Source of the DNA: Candidatus Altimarinota bacterium
Lineage (GTDB): Bacteria; Patescibacteriota; Gracilibacteria; UBA1369
Direction: 5' to 3'
DNA length: 32,000 nt
Assembly (NCBI GenBank): GCA_041659405.1
Contig: JBAZYK010000002.1
Span: forward strand, 30,001-62,000
The notes under the pieces are model-generated. The model had not been told where the DNA came from, searched no databases, and saw only the letters and a list, made by a program, of their open reading frames with translations. A program made the translations under genes and the position numbers. The stretch's first letter is position 1. Each line of letters starts with the position of its first letter. Below, piece after piece: positions 1 to 9,158 of the stretch.

Positions 1-322
1 AGAGCAAACCGGACCACCAGGTCAACACTCCTAAAAGTTGAAAAGCTAAAGATCCCACCGCCAAAAAAGTCAAAAGGACTCCTTGTCTGAAGGCAATATT
101 AATATGATTGTAGTAAATCTCGTTTTTGTTGAGCCAAACACGAAAATAAAAGCCAACAACCGTAAAAGTACAAATCAACGCTACAAAAAGGCTCAAGAAA
201 AATAACCCCAACGACACCCCCGTAGAAGCAAAGGGATCAAGTTTATTTAGAACCACAATCCAGGCAATCCAGCTTAAAACACCTGCGGATCCTATAATGG
301 CCAAATAACGATGATGTGACAT
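1..322 (-). CDS. Partial membrane protein, truncated by the left window edge; not in the supplied ORF track
   Basis: Own reverse-strand reading from an ATG at 322 stays open to base 1: MSHHRYLAIIGSAGVLSWIAWIVVLNKLDPFASTGVSLGLFFLSLFVALICTFTVVGFYFRVWLNKNEIYYNHINIAFRQGVLLTFLAVGSLAFQLLGVLTWWSGLL. About three hydrophobic helices. Confidence 0.75.
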   Translation of the reverse strand, partial: MSHHRYLAIIGSAGVLSWIAWIVVLNKLDPFASTGVSLGLFFLSLFVALICTFTVVGFYFRVWLNKNEIYYNHINIAFRQGVLLTFLAVGSLAFQLLGVLTWWSGLL

Positions 323-335
323 TTTAAAAACTTAA

Positions 336-1316
336 TTAATATTTCTTTTGTCTTTTAAGTACAAACTGAATAAAGAACAGAAACGCCCCCAAGATCAAGA
401 AAATAAAGGAAATCTTTCTAATTTCCGTAGTAAGAAAACTAAAAACATATTCCAAATAACGACCAAAATCTTCCGAATTGCCAAATGCCTGAAAAATATT
501 TGATCCACCATCTTTATAACTGGAAAATATTACCGGGATCAAAGATTGTAAAAGAAAACTGCTCAAGAAGCCAAGAATTCCACTTACAATAAACGCTACA
601 GATTCAAACCTTAGCATTAACGAAATCGGATAATAAATGATCAACGCAACAAAGAAAACCAAAGCAATCAAAGCAAAAAGTAAGTAAACTTTCAACCGAT
701 CAATCCACAAAAACATATAATAAAAAGCCTGATTTTTGCTTTTTGCACTGCTTAAATCAATCTGAACCTGCTGCGGCAAAAATGCATAAACGGTCTTTTC
801 AAACTGCTTCGAAATCGGAGCGGAAATATTTGCGTAATCCAAACCCTTTGGAACGCAGGTAGGAATCCCCTCCGCATTCACCTCAGGCAATTGATCTACC
901 TTACAAACAGGTAAACTTTGAAAAAGTTTATAAGCCAAATTATGAGTTACCGTTAACAAACTATCCTGAAAAACCTTCAAGGAAATAGCTACGGGAACGT
1001 CAGGTTTCTCTTTCAAACTAGCCATCTCCTGACCAAAATCCCCGGTCAACTTTCGTAAAATATCAATTTTAAAAACATTCTGAACCTCTTTTTTTACATC
1101 AACCAACTTAAAATGTCCCTGCAGTGTTGGATCGGCCTGATAAATATGGATGGAAACAGCATTTACAAAAAAGTCATAAGAGCCATCAACCACAGGCCCG
1201 GTATAAAAACTTGGCGAAAAATAGGTTTTCGACAAAGCATAAACCAAAAAAGTCGGCAAAGAAATAGCTATAAACAGGAAGACAAAAAACGCAGCAATAA
1301 TCCGACGAATAATCAT
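336..1316 (-). CDS. Hypothetical integral membrane protein (N-terminal and several C-terminal TM segments around a soluble domain)
   Basis: ORF 336..1352. Start at 1316 (MIIRRIIAAFFVFLF...) is preferred because the extra N-terminal residues look spurious. Ends 14 bp before the start of the next reverse-strand gene. Confidence 0.75.
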   Translation of the reverse strand: MIIRRIIAAFFVFLFIAISLPTFLVYALSKTYFSPSFYTGPVVDGSYDFFVNAVSIHIYQADPTLQGHFKLVDVKKEVQNVFKIDILRKLTGDFGQEMASLKEKPDVPVAISLKVFQDSLLTVTHNLAYKLFQSLPVCKVDQLPEVNAEGIPTCVPKGLDYANISAPISKQFEKTVYAFLPQQVQIDLSSAKSKNQAFYYMFLWIDRLKVYLLFALIALVFFVALIIYYPISLMLRFESVAFIVSGILGFLSSFLLQSLIPVIFSSYKDGGSNIFQAFGNSEDFGRYLEYVFSFLTTEIRKISFIFLILGAFLFFIQFVLKRQKKY

Positions 1317-1387
1317 GGCAAAAAATAATAACTCACACATTATAGAGTACACTTGGAAAAAACAGAAATTTTTTATCTAATTTGAAA

Positions 1388-2413
1388 TTAAACCAGACTT
1401 TTTTTTGTTGATTCCGGAAAAGACAGCTTTACCAATTCAGATTCATTGCCCTGGTTTGCCGGAACAATTTTCCAATGAACTTCTTTTTGAAGTCTTCCCG
1501 GAATGCTAAATCCTGCGGCTTTTTTATGTCCTCCTCCTCCAAACTGACCTGCCAGTGCGGCTAAATCAACATCATCACGCTGCGTTCTAAACGAACCTTT
1601 AACATTACCATGCTCGTCTTCATTCAATAAAACTGTAAATTTAGATCCGGGTACGGAATTCAAGAAATCAACCACACCGGAAATTTCATCGGGACCCGCG
1701 CCACACTCTTTAAAATCCTTCCAGGTGACAACGGAAAGCGTAACACCTTCATCATTAACTCGCGCATTCTCTAAAACTCTTCCCCAAAGTTTTAAAGTTG
1801 AAACCGGATTGGTGCGAAAAAGATTTTTAGAAACCTGATGGATTTTTCCACCTTTTTCCATAAGTTTGCCGGTAATCTCAAAAACCTCAATTGTCGTATT
1901 GGAATGCATTAAACTGCCTGTATCATTATAAATTCCGCATAAAAGCGCAGTAGCAATACTTGGCGTAATGCGTAATCCCACAAATTCAAAAAATTTATAT
2001 AACAGGACGGTTGTTGAAGCACAATGCGAATCAACCGCATTCACTTTTCCAAAATCGTCATTGGATGCATGATGGTCAAAATTAATCACCGGAACTTCAC
2101 TCTTAAAAATATCGGGATAAACAGTATGGTAATTCGTCATATAAGAAGCACCCGCATCGGACACAATGATCAAATCATAGTCTCTAAAATTAAATTTACG
2201 TATAACCTTATCCATATCCGCCATAAAGCGAAAACGCTCCGGAACTTCATCAATACAGGCCATATCAACCTTTTTACCAAGCTGTTGCTCCAGAGCCAAA
2301 TGCAAAGCGCAGGAAGATCCAAGCGTATCGCCATCCGGTCTTTTGTGTGAGATAGAAAGGATCTTTTGAGCCTTATCTATCAGCTTTTTGGCTTGTATAA
2401 AATTTTCCTCCAT
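1388..2413 (-). CDS. nrnA: DHH/DHHA1 family phosphoesterase, NrnA-like (oligoribonuclease/PAP phosphatase-like)
   Basis: Motifs SHKRPDGDTLGSS, NFDHHASND and C-terminal GQFGGGGHKKAAGF are typical of DHH/DHHA1 proteins. Confidence 0.85.
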   Translation of the reverse strand: MEENFIQAKKLIDKAQKILSISHKRPDGDTLGSSCALHLALEQQLGKKVDMACIDEVPERFRFMADMDKVIRKFNFRDYDLIIVSDAGASYMTNYHTVYPDIFKSEVPVINFDHHASNDDFGKVNAVDSHCASTTVLLYKFFEFVGLRITPSIATALLCGIYNDTGSLMHSNTTIEVFEITGKLMEKGGKIHQVSKNLFRTNPVSTLKLWGRVLENARVNDEGVTLSVVTWKDFKECGAGPDEISGVVDFLNSVPGSKFTVLLNEDEHGNVKGSFRTQRDDVDLAALAGQFGGGGHKKAAGFSIPGRLQKEVHWKIVPANQGNESELVKLSFPESTKKSLV

Positions 2414-2539
2414 AGATTTAAGTATTTGCTTTGTAAGAGTCGGATCTTAACTCATTGAAATAAACTTTGCAAGATAAGCTGACATAAAAAACATATTTTG
2501 TTATGATGAGCTAAAAAAAATGATTTAATATATACAAAA

Positions 2540-3499
2540 ATGACACCAGAACGCCTTAAAATTATTTTCATGGGAACGCCGGAAATAGCTGTCCCCTGCC
2601 TTGAAAGTCTCTACAACTGCGATGGATTTGAAATTTCCGCAGTTGTAACGCAAGAAGACAAAAAAGTGGGACGAAAACAGGAAATCGAAGCTCCACCTGT
2701 TAAAATATGGGCTCTAAAACACAATTTACCGGTTTTACAACCACCAATTATCAAGAATAATAAGGAATTCCTAAAGGTGCTAAAAGCCCTAAATCCGGAT
2801 TTTATTGTTGTTATTGCCTTTGGCAAGATTTTGCCCGAGGAAGTTTTGAATCTTCCAAAATATGACAGTATAAATATTCATGTTTCACTTTTGCCCAAAT
2901 ACCGCGGAGCCTCACCAATTGAAGAGGCGCTGCTTAACGGCGATAAAGAAACCGGCATCAGCATCATGAAAATGGAAGAAAAACTGGACACAGGTCCGAT
3001 TTATTTTGTTAAAAAGCTGCAAATCGAACCGGAAGATAATGCCGAAACTTTAAGGATTAAATTAAGTCTTTTGGCGGGTGCGGCTATTCCAATCATTCTA
3101 AAAGAGATCAGTGAAGGTAATTTAAAAGCTATTCCCCAAAATGAAAGCAAAGCAACTCATTGCCATAAAATCACCAAGGAAGATGGCTTAATCAACCTTC
3201 AAAGCATGGGTGCCGAAGAAATCGACAACAGGATAAAGGCCTACACTCCCTGGCCGGCTTGTCACCTGTTTATTGAAAATAAAAGATTTAAAATTCTGGA
3301 AGCAAAGATAGATTTAAGCAAAAATGAAGAGTCGGGCAAAGTCATTGATATCGATAAAAATTCCATCGCGATTGGAACCAAAAAGGGACTACTAATCCCA
3401 CTAAAAGTTCAACTTGAAGGCAAACCGGCAATGGACATTCAGGATTTTTTGCTGGGCAATCGAAAACTACTTAAAAACTCGCTGGTTAATCCCAAATAG
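2540..3499 (+). CDS. fmt: Methionyl-tRNA formyltransferase
   Basis: FMGTPEIAVPCLESL, INIHVSLLPKYRGASPI, GDKETGISIMKMEEKLDTGPI; about 319 aa. Confidence 0.93.
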   Translation: MTPERLKIIFMGTPEIAVPCLESLYNCDGFEISAVVTQEDKKVGRKQEIEAPPVKIWALKHNLPVLQPPIIKNNKEFLKVLKALNPDFIVVIAFGKILPEEVLNLPKYDSINIHVSLLPKYRGASPIEEALLNGDKETGISIMKMEEKLDTGPIYFVKKLQIEPEDNAETLRIKLSLLAGAAIPIILKEISEGNLKAIPQNESKATHCHKITKEDGLINLQSMGAEEIDNRIKAYTPWPACHLFIENKRFKILEAKIDLSKNEESGKVIDIDKNSIAIGTKKGLLIPLKVQLEGKPAMDIQDFLLGNRKLLKNSLVNPK

Positions 3500-4815
3500 A
3501 AAAACAGCAGGAATAACCCCGGATAAAGCGAAAAGAAGTAATGATCAAACAAACTTACGGTAGCAATTGATGACAGTAGCGCAATGTAGATGTATGCCTG
3601 CATTTTTTGCTGCTCGTTGCAATCTTTTATCACCGCAACCAGTCTATAGAAAACATAGCCCAAAACAGCCATGAATAAAGCAAAAGTTATCAATCCCCCT
3701 TCATTCGCCACCAATAAGTAAACATTATGCACCGGCTGATAAATCCAAGGCGCAATTTTTGACAAAGAATAATTTTGCATATTAACGGTAAAACCGCCCA
3801 AACCAACTCCAAACGGATTATCAAACAACATCAATTTGCCAATGCCAAGATACAAAGTTCGCTCCTGATCGGAATTTAAATCACCCAACAAAAAACGCTG
3901 AAAAAAGACACTTTCCAGATTAAAAAGAACCACGAAAAAAGCGACAAGGCTAATAATCAAAAAAATCAGCTTATATGGGAATTTTTTATTACTTACGGCA
4001 AAATAGATCATAAATGCTGCAAACAAGCCAAAAAGCGCACTTCTGGAAAAACATAGTAAGAGCGCAATCATAAATAATGATAAAAACAGGCTCTTTAAAA
4101 CCAAAGGCCATTTTTTAAAAAGCCAAACAAAAATTAAGGCCATCATTAAGGTTCCGCCCAAGACATTTGCATGCGGAAAAGTTCCAAAAGCCCGTAAAAC
4201 CTTACCACCACCAACATCAATTTTAGCTACCCCCAAGGTTGAAGAATTTGCAATTGGCTCACCAAAAACACGCAAGCCCAAAGAGCCCTGAACAAAATAC
4301 TGCAAGATCGCCAAAAATGCCTGAAAACCAACCGAAATTAAAAAAATAACAATCATTTTTTTCCAAGGAATCAGCTTCTGCACGATCAAAAAATAAAAAG
4401 CCACAAATTCCAATAGCCTAAACAAAAGCATAAAATGGAGCATTCTGTTTTCTATCCAGATAGTTTCAATTGAAAGTGCCCCAAGAAACAGTAAAAGCAG
4501 GAAAGTTAAATAATGGTCACCAAATTGCAAAGATATCTTGGCGGAATCTTCTTGATTTTTTTTTATGACATTTTGATGGAAATAGGCCAACCCCCAAAAA
4601 AACAAGGCCAGAACCAAAAAAAGATCATTGATATATACAAAAAAAGAAGTGAACTCGTTGAAATTACCGGTAAGATAATAAGACCCGGAATAAACCAGAG
4701 TCCTAATCTGAAACGGAAAAAATAAAATAAAAAGCGCCAGAAATCCCTGACTGAATTTGATCAAAGAAAGATTTCTGAAAACTGTCTTAAAATAAGCAGT
4801 CTTCAACATATTCAA
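3439..4815 (-). CDS. O-antigen ligase/Wzy polymerase-like polytopic membrane protein
   Basis: About 458 aa with many TM segments; central FGTFPHANVLGG and LCFSRSALFG and late PVHNVYLLVANEGG motifs resemble WaaL/Wzy_C proteins. Confidence 0.8.
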   Translation of the reverse strand: MNMLKTAYFKTVFRNLSLIKFSQGFLALFILFFPFQIRTLVYSGSYYLTGNFNEFTSFFVYINDLFLVLALFFWGLAYFHQNVIKKNQEDSAKISLQFGDHYLTFLLLLFLGALSIETIWIENRMLHFMLLFRLLEFVAFYFLIVQKLIPWKKMIVIFLISVGFQAFLAILQYFVQGSLGLRVFGEPIANSSTLGVAKIDVGGGKVLRAFGTFPHANVLGGTLMMALIFVWLFKKWPLVLKSLFLSLFMIALLLCFSRSALFGLFAAFMIYFAVSNKKFPYKLIFLIISLVAFFVVLFNLESVFFQRFLLGDLNSDQERTLYLGIGKLMLFDNPFGVGLGGFTVNMQNYSLSKIAPWIYQPVHNVYLLVANEGGLITFALFMAVLGYVFYRLVAVIKDCNEQQKMQAYIYIALLSSIATVSLFDHYFFSLYPGLFLLFFYLGLTSEFLSSFRLPSKKS

Positions 4816-6303
4816 TTATTTAGTTGGTGTCGTTATTTTTGAATTTGATTGCTGAGTCCCCGTACTTCCACCGGCTTTCGGAGTTGGATTTTTAGGTATC
4901 AAACCTCCAGTTGGAAGTAATTTAGAGATCGCCTCCTGAGCAATTTTCATAGCCTCCGAAGGATCAACCGTATTCAAAACACTATCGATTGCTTTAGAGA
5001 AAATGTCGCTATAGGCCTGCTCATCATAAATCGGGAAACTATCGGCAAAACCAATCTGTTCTGCGAAAGGACCATAAATAACATCGGTTTTTTGCTCATT
5101 GATAAGATCACGACGGCTGGTTGGACGATGAGTTTTTTGATTATAAACCTGCAATGAATTTTTAGAACTTAAAAACATCAGGAAATCCCAGGCTTCCTGT
5201 GAATGCTGCGATGTTCTGGCAACCGTTTCCGCATAATAGGAAGCAAGTGCTCCACGCTTATCCTGAGAAGTTGCCGGATCCTGAACCTGCGGAACAACAC
5301 TTACACGAATATTATTTGGATCGATTGTTTGCACACCTTTATCTTTTAAATCCTTAATTTCAGCCTTTATCTGTTCATACAAATACGAGTACCCAAAAAC
5401 CATTGCAACCTTTCCCTTAGCGAAAGTTTCCATGTCTTTTACATTTGAAGCACTATCTGCCAAATAGTTATTCCAGGAATAATTTTTTTGGTTTGAAAGC
5501 GCAAAACTTGTATAAAGACGCATAGCTTCAACAGCGGGATTTACGCCAAAACCTGTATTACTCATTATTTGCTGTTCGGCAAAAGTAGCCTTGGAAACAT
5601 TTGAATTATAAAATTGGGATTTGAATTGCAGCATCAACATGTAAAGAATATCAACCGCTCTGGCAATATTGTCTGACCTGCCCATGGCAATTCCGGAAAC
5701 TTTAAAACGCTCAAAACTATTGTCTTTTTTGGTAAGCTGAAAAACATCTTCCTTCAAAGCATCCCAGGTAGTAGCCGGACGACCACTGCTTGGGAGCGCA
5801 TCTTCGTAAAGAGCTTTGTTATAATAAAGCGCAAGAGTATCAACCGTTAAAGGCAAACCAAAAACCTTATTTTGACCGTCTGTTGGATCAGCTAAAACCA
5901 AATCTTTAGAAGCAACATTAACAAAAGTCTGGTCAAACTGCTGAGGATTCATTTTATTTAAAGGCAGTGGTTCTATTTTTTTTACATTTTTTAAAAACCA
6001 GGAATTAGGTGCGGAAAAAAGATCAGGCCCCTGTCCTTCGGCCAACTCATTTAAAAGCAATTTTTGATATTCAACCGGATCAACAAACTTGCGATAAGTA
6101 ATGGAAACATTGGGATGAGTAGCCTGATATTGGCTGATTAAAGGCTGAATAACATCCTCGTTGTCAAAAAGCTTATAATAAACAAGCTTAATCTGTTTTG
6201 AATTGGCATTTGGCGCCGGCTTATCTTTTTGAATACATCCCCCCAGAATTGTTGATGACATCGTTACAAGAAGCAAAACAGCTGAAAGACGTTTGATATT
6301 CAT
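4816..6303 (-). CDS. Extracellular solute-binding lipoprotein, family 1 (sugar ABC type)
   Basis: N-terminal signal with lipobox-like STILGGC; KPDKPAPN...LVYYKLFDNEDVIQPLISQYQATHPNVSITYRKF...GQGPDLFSAPNSWFLKNV...GLPLTVDTLALYYNKALYEDA and C-terminal SQEAWDFLMFLSS are typical. Confidence 0.87.
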   Translation of the reverse strand: MNIKRLSAVLLLVTMSSTILGGCIQKDKPAPNANSKQIKLVYYKLFDNEDVIQPLISQYQATHPNVSITYRKFVDPVEYQKLLLNELAEGQGPDLFSAPNSWFLKNVKKIEPLPLNKMNPQQFDQTFVNVASKDLVLADPTDGQNKVFGLPLTVDTLALYYNKALYEDALPSSGRPATTWDALKEDVFQLTKKDNSFERFKVSGIAMGRSDNIARAVDILYMLMLQFKSQFYNSNVSKATFAEQQIMSNTGFGVNPAVEAMRLYTSFALSNQKNYSWNNYLADSASNVKDMETFAKGKVAMVFGYSYLYEQIKAEIKDLKDKGVQTIDPNNIRVSVVPQVQDPATSQDKRGALASYYAETVARTSQHSQEAWDFLMFLSSKNSLQVYNQKTHRPTSRRDLINEQKTDVIYGPFAEQIGFADSFPIYDEQAYSDIFSKAIDSVLNTVDPSEAMKIAQEAISKLLPTGGLIPKNPTPKAGGSTGTQQSNSKITTPTK

Positions 6304-6378
6304 AAAAAAAGCTCTAAAAAAATACCTCCAACATTATATGGAAAATTAGTTGCTACGTAAAGCAAAAGCTGCAACAAA

Positions 6379-7302
6379 CTACCCTAAAAAGGAAGCATAT
6401 TTCTGTTTACCTTTCTTCAAACCATCCAGAAAATATTTTTTGGAAAGAGCGTAATAATAAAAAGGCTTGGAAATATAGCGGAAAAAGAAAATAACCGGGC
6501 CAAAAGCCAAAATTGAGAAGATAGTTCTTTTCCAAAAACCGGGAACTTTTTTAAGTTCAGGATATTTATGATGAAAAAGCCAAACTGACTCACCTATGTT
6601 ACGCATACGATTTGCCAGCCCTTCTTCGGTCATTGGGTGGTCATGATAGCCAATAGCCTGAGAATTATAATAAAGTTTCAAATTTTCACGCTTAGTCAGA
6701 CGATACCCAAGTTCAATATCTTCCCATCCATAACCGGAAAAAGAAGGATCAAAAGGATACTTGTCCAAAAGCGAACGCTTGAGGGAAATATTTGAAGTGT
6801 AGAAAAAATTAAAATCCGCTTCAGTTTTTCCCAAAAGTTTTTCATAAGCAAATTGATGTCCACCAAACTTTCCAAAGATTGATGAACCATTAGTCATCCA
6901 CTTCATAAATTTATTTACCTTCAATTTTGGATGCCAAAGAGTTAAACCCAAAACCGCTTCGTTTTCATTTGAATGGCGCAAGTGTAAGCGCAAATGTTCA
7001 CTCAAAAGATTTTGAGCGGGAATAATATCATCACCTAAAAAAAGAATGATTTGCCCCTTGGCATGATGAACTCCCAAATTTCTGGCAACTCCCTGTCCTT
7101 GATTCCTTTGGTAATAATAATGAATCCCCTCGTATCTTGGCTGAAAAGCCTTCACCACTTCTTTGGTGTTATCTCTGCTTCCATCATCAACAACCACAAT
7201 TTCAAAATCGCTAGACGGAAGATCCTGTCTAAGCAGAGCGCTCAAACACTCCTTTAGGATATTAGCCCGATTGTAGGTTGGGATAACAACACTCAAAATC
7301 AT
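6379..7302 (-). CDS. Glycosyltransferase family 2
   Basis: MILSVVIPTYNRANILKECL, IVVVDDGSRDNTKEV, FLGDDIIPA and GYGWEDIELGYRL. The track start is 7320; MILSVVIPTYN at 7302 is the more likely start. Confidence 0.9.
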   Translation of the reverse strand: MILSVVIPTYNRANILKECLSALLRQDLPSSDFEIVVVDDGSRDNTKEVVKAFQPRYEGIHYYYQRNQGQGVARNLGVHHAKGQIILFLGDDIIPAQNLLSEHLRLHLRHSNENEAVLGLTLWHPKLKVNKFMKWMTNGSSIFGKFGGHQFAYEKLLGKTEADFNFFYTSNISLKRSLLDKYPFDPSFSGYGWEDIELGYRLTKRENLKLYYNSQAIGYHDHPMTEEGLANRMRNIGESVWLFHHKYPELKKVPGFWKRTIFSILAFGPVIFFFRYISKPFYYYALSKKYFLDGLKKGKQKYASFLG

Positions 7303-7395
7303 ACAGCAGCATTGTAGCAAAGCCGGGCCTTGCTACAAAGTGCTGTTTAATTTTAAAGATTGCCAAAGTCAAAAACACAGATCGGATGGCACAAT

Positions 7396-7779
7396 TTAGG
7401 CTTCCGTAGAAACTTCCTGCAATTGAATTTCGCCACCTTCTTTGTTCTTTTTGTAACTGATAAAGTTTACAACATCCGCAACAATTTCAGTAGTCAGATG
7501 ATCTTTGCCATCCTTACCTTCATAATGATGATTCATAATTTTGCCTTCCAGATAAACCGGCGAACCCTTTTTTAAATAGAGCGCGCAGACTTCCCCCAGC
7601 TTTCTCCAGGCAACAATTTTATGAAAATCCGTAGCCTCGTGATGCTCACCATCACTCCCCTGCCAATCGCGATGAATAGCAACGCGAAACCTGGCCAGAT
7701 TTTGCCCCTTTTGAGTAACCTTTGCTTCTGGATCAGCGGCAAGATGACCCATCAGTACAACTTTGTTTACACTTCTCAT
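7396..7779 (-). CDS. ssb: Single-stranded DNA-binding protein (OB fold), short form
   Basis: MRSVNKVVLMGHLAADPEAKVTQKGQNLARFRVA...TDFHKIVAWRKLGEVCALYLKKGSPVYLEGKI is a standard SSB OB-fold pattern. Confidence 0.9.
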   Translation of the reverse strand: MRSVNKVVLMGHLAADPEAKVTQKGQNLARFRVAIHRDWQGSDGEHHEATDFHKIVAWRKLGEVCALYLKKGSPVYLEGKIMNHHYEGKDGKDHLTTEIVADVVNFISYKKNKEGGEIQLQEVSTEA

Positions 7780-7939
7780 AAGAAAAGAGATTAAAAAATA
7801 AGTAAGCTAAAAATAACAAAAAGTTATTAAAAAAAACTAAACCGGAAGTGAAATAAATCTAAAATGATCACCACAAATTAAAAAGATTGCTTTTTTGCCA
7901 ATTTTCGTCAGAATGGAGCCACAAAGTAATTATTTTTTT

Positions 7940-8572
7940 ATGTTCACGGGGATTATTCAAGAAGTAGGGTCAATCAAAAAAATCAGTGATTCTGGCCAAA
8001 ACAAGCTCATCAGCATTGAATCAACAGTCGTAAGCAACCTTAAAATTGGCGGCTCAATCAGCGTTGATGGCGCCTGCTTAACCATTATTGCCAAAAATGA
8101 AAACGGCTTCGATGCCGAAATGATCCCGGAAACTCTTCAAAAAACCATTGCTCAAAATTATCAAACCGGAACAAAAGTTAATCTTGAGCCGGCAATGCAA
8201 TTAAGTGATCGCCTGGATGGACACATGGTAAGCGGACACATTGATTTTAAGGCCCAAGTCCAAAGCATCGAAAAAGAAGAAAATGGCTATGTCATAACCA
8301 TTAATTTCCCTCCGGAGTATCAAAAATATATCGCCATGAAAGGATCAATTACCATCAATGGCGTCAGTTTAACCGTTTCCAAATTGCACGCAAACGCCTT
8401 TGAAGTTAGCTTAATTCCGCATTCACTAGCCAATACCAATTTGGGCGAACTAACCAAAGAATCCGAAGTAAATATAGAAATAGATCTTTTGGCCAGATAC
8501 CTTGAAAATTTATTGGGAGCTAAAGACCAACAAATCACTTACCAGTTTTTACAGGAACGCGGCTTTATTTAA
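7940..8572 (+). CDS. ribE: Riboflavin synthase (alpha subunit type)
   Basis: MFTGIIQEVGSIKK, SISVDGACLTI, LSDRLDGHMVSGHID, GSITINGVSLTV. Start trimmed to MFTGII at 7940 from track start 7895. Confidence 0.93.
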   Translation: MFTGIIQEVGSIKKISDSGQNKLISIESTVVSNLKIGGSISVDGACLTIIAKNENGFDAEMIPETLQKTIAQNYQTGTKVNLEPAMQLSDRLDGHMVSGHIDFKAQVQSIEKEENGYVITINFPPEYQKYIAMKGSITINGVSLTVSKLHANAFEVSLIPHSLANTNLGELTKESEVNIEIDLLARYLENLLGAKDQQITYQFLQERGFI

Positions 8573-8609
8573 GCTAAAACATTCGTTTTTTTTGATAACA
8601 ATTATCTGC

Positions 8610-9080
8610 ATGAAAACCTCACAAAGCAAAGCAAAACTCAATGGAAAACCTTTTAAAATCGCCATTATTCTTGCCCGTTACAACGACGATCTTGGATCGG
8701 AACTTTTGGAAAACACCACGGCAACTCTTCTAAAAAATGGCGTCATTGCAAAAAATATTGATGTAATTAGAGTTCCGGGAGCACTCGAAATTCCACTCGC
8801 CGCTCAAATGATTGCGCAAAATAAATCGCATCAGGCCATCATTGCTTTAGGAATTGTGATTAAAGGCGAAACTGCCCATTTTGAACATGTGAGTCAGCAA
8901 AGCCATAATGGACTTATGCAGGTAAGCCTTGAGCAAAAAATTCCGGTTATTTTTGGAATTCTGACCGTTAACAATTTAAAACAAGCCACGGATCGAATCA
9001 GCAAAACAAAGCTTAACAAAGGCCAAGAATACGCAGAAGCTGCCATTGAAATGGCGCAACTGCTACAAAAATTGCAATAA
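8610..9080 (+). CDS. ribH: 6,7-dimethyl-8-ribityllumazine synthase
   Basis: IAIILARYNDD, RVPGALEIPLAAQ, ALGIVIKGETAHFEHV, PVIFGILTVNNLKQA. The ATG at 8610 gives about 156 aa; the track ORF starts upstream inside ribE. Confidence 0.93.
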   Translation: MKTSQSKAKLNGKPFKIAIILARYNDDLGSELLENTTATLLKNGVIAKNIDVIRVPGALEIPLAAQMIAQNKSHQAIIALGIVIKGETAHFEHVSQQSHNGLMQVSLEQKIPVIFGILTVNNLKQATDRISKTKLNKGQEYAEAAIEMAQLLQKLQ

Positions 9081-9136
9081 AAAAAGCAATTTTGCCAATC
9101 AACCTAATACACGCTAAAATAACTCAGGTTATTTTT
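9069..9136 (+). terminator. Two candidate low-GC hairpins in the ribH-pgk gap
   Basis: Perfect 8-bp inverted repeats AAAATTGC(9069-9076)/GCAATTTT(9087-9094) and AAAATAAC(9117-9124)-TCAG-GTTATTTT(9129-9136), the second followed by one more T. Confidence 0.4.
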
Positions 9137-9158
9137 CCAATTTTTTGACCTTAAAATT

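Noticed and set aside
7812-7828. Short inverted repeat AATAAC-AAAAA-GTTATT between ssb and ribE
   Set aside because: Only 6 bp in very AT-rich sequence; easily arises by chance.
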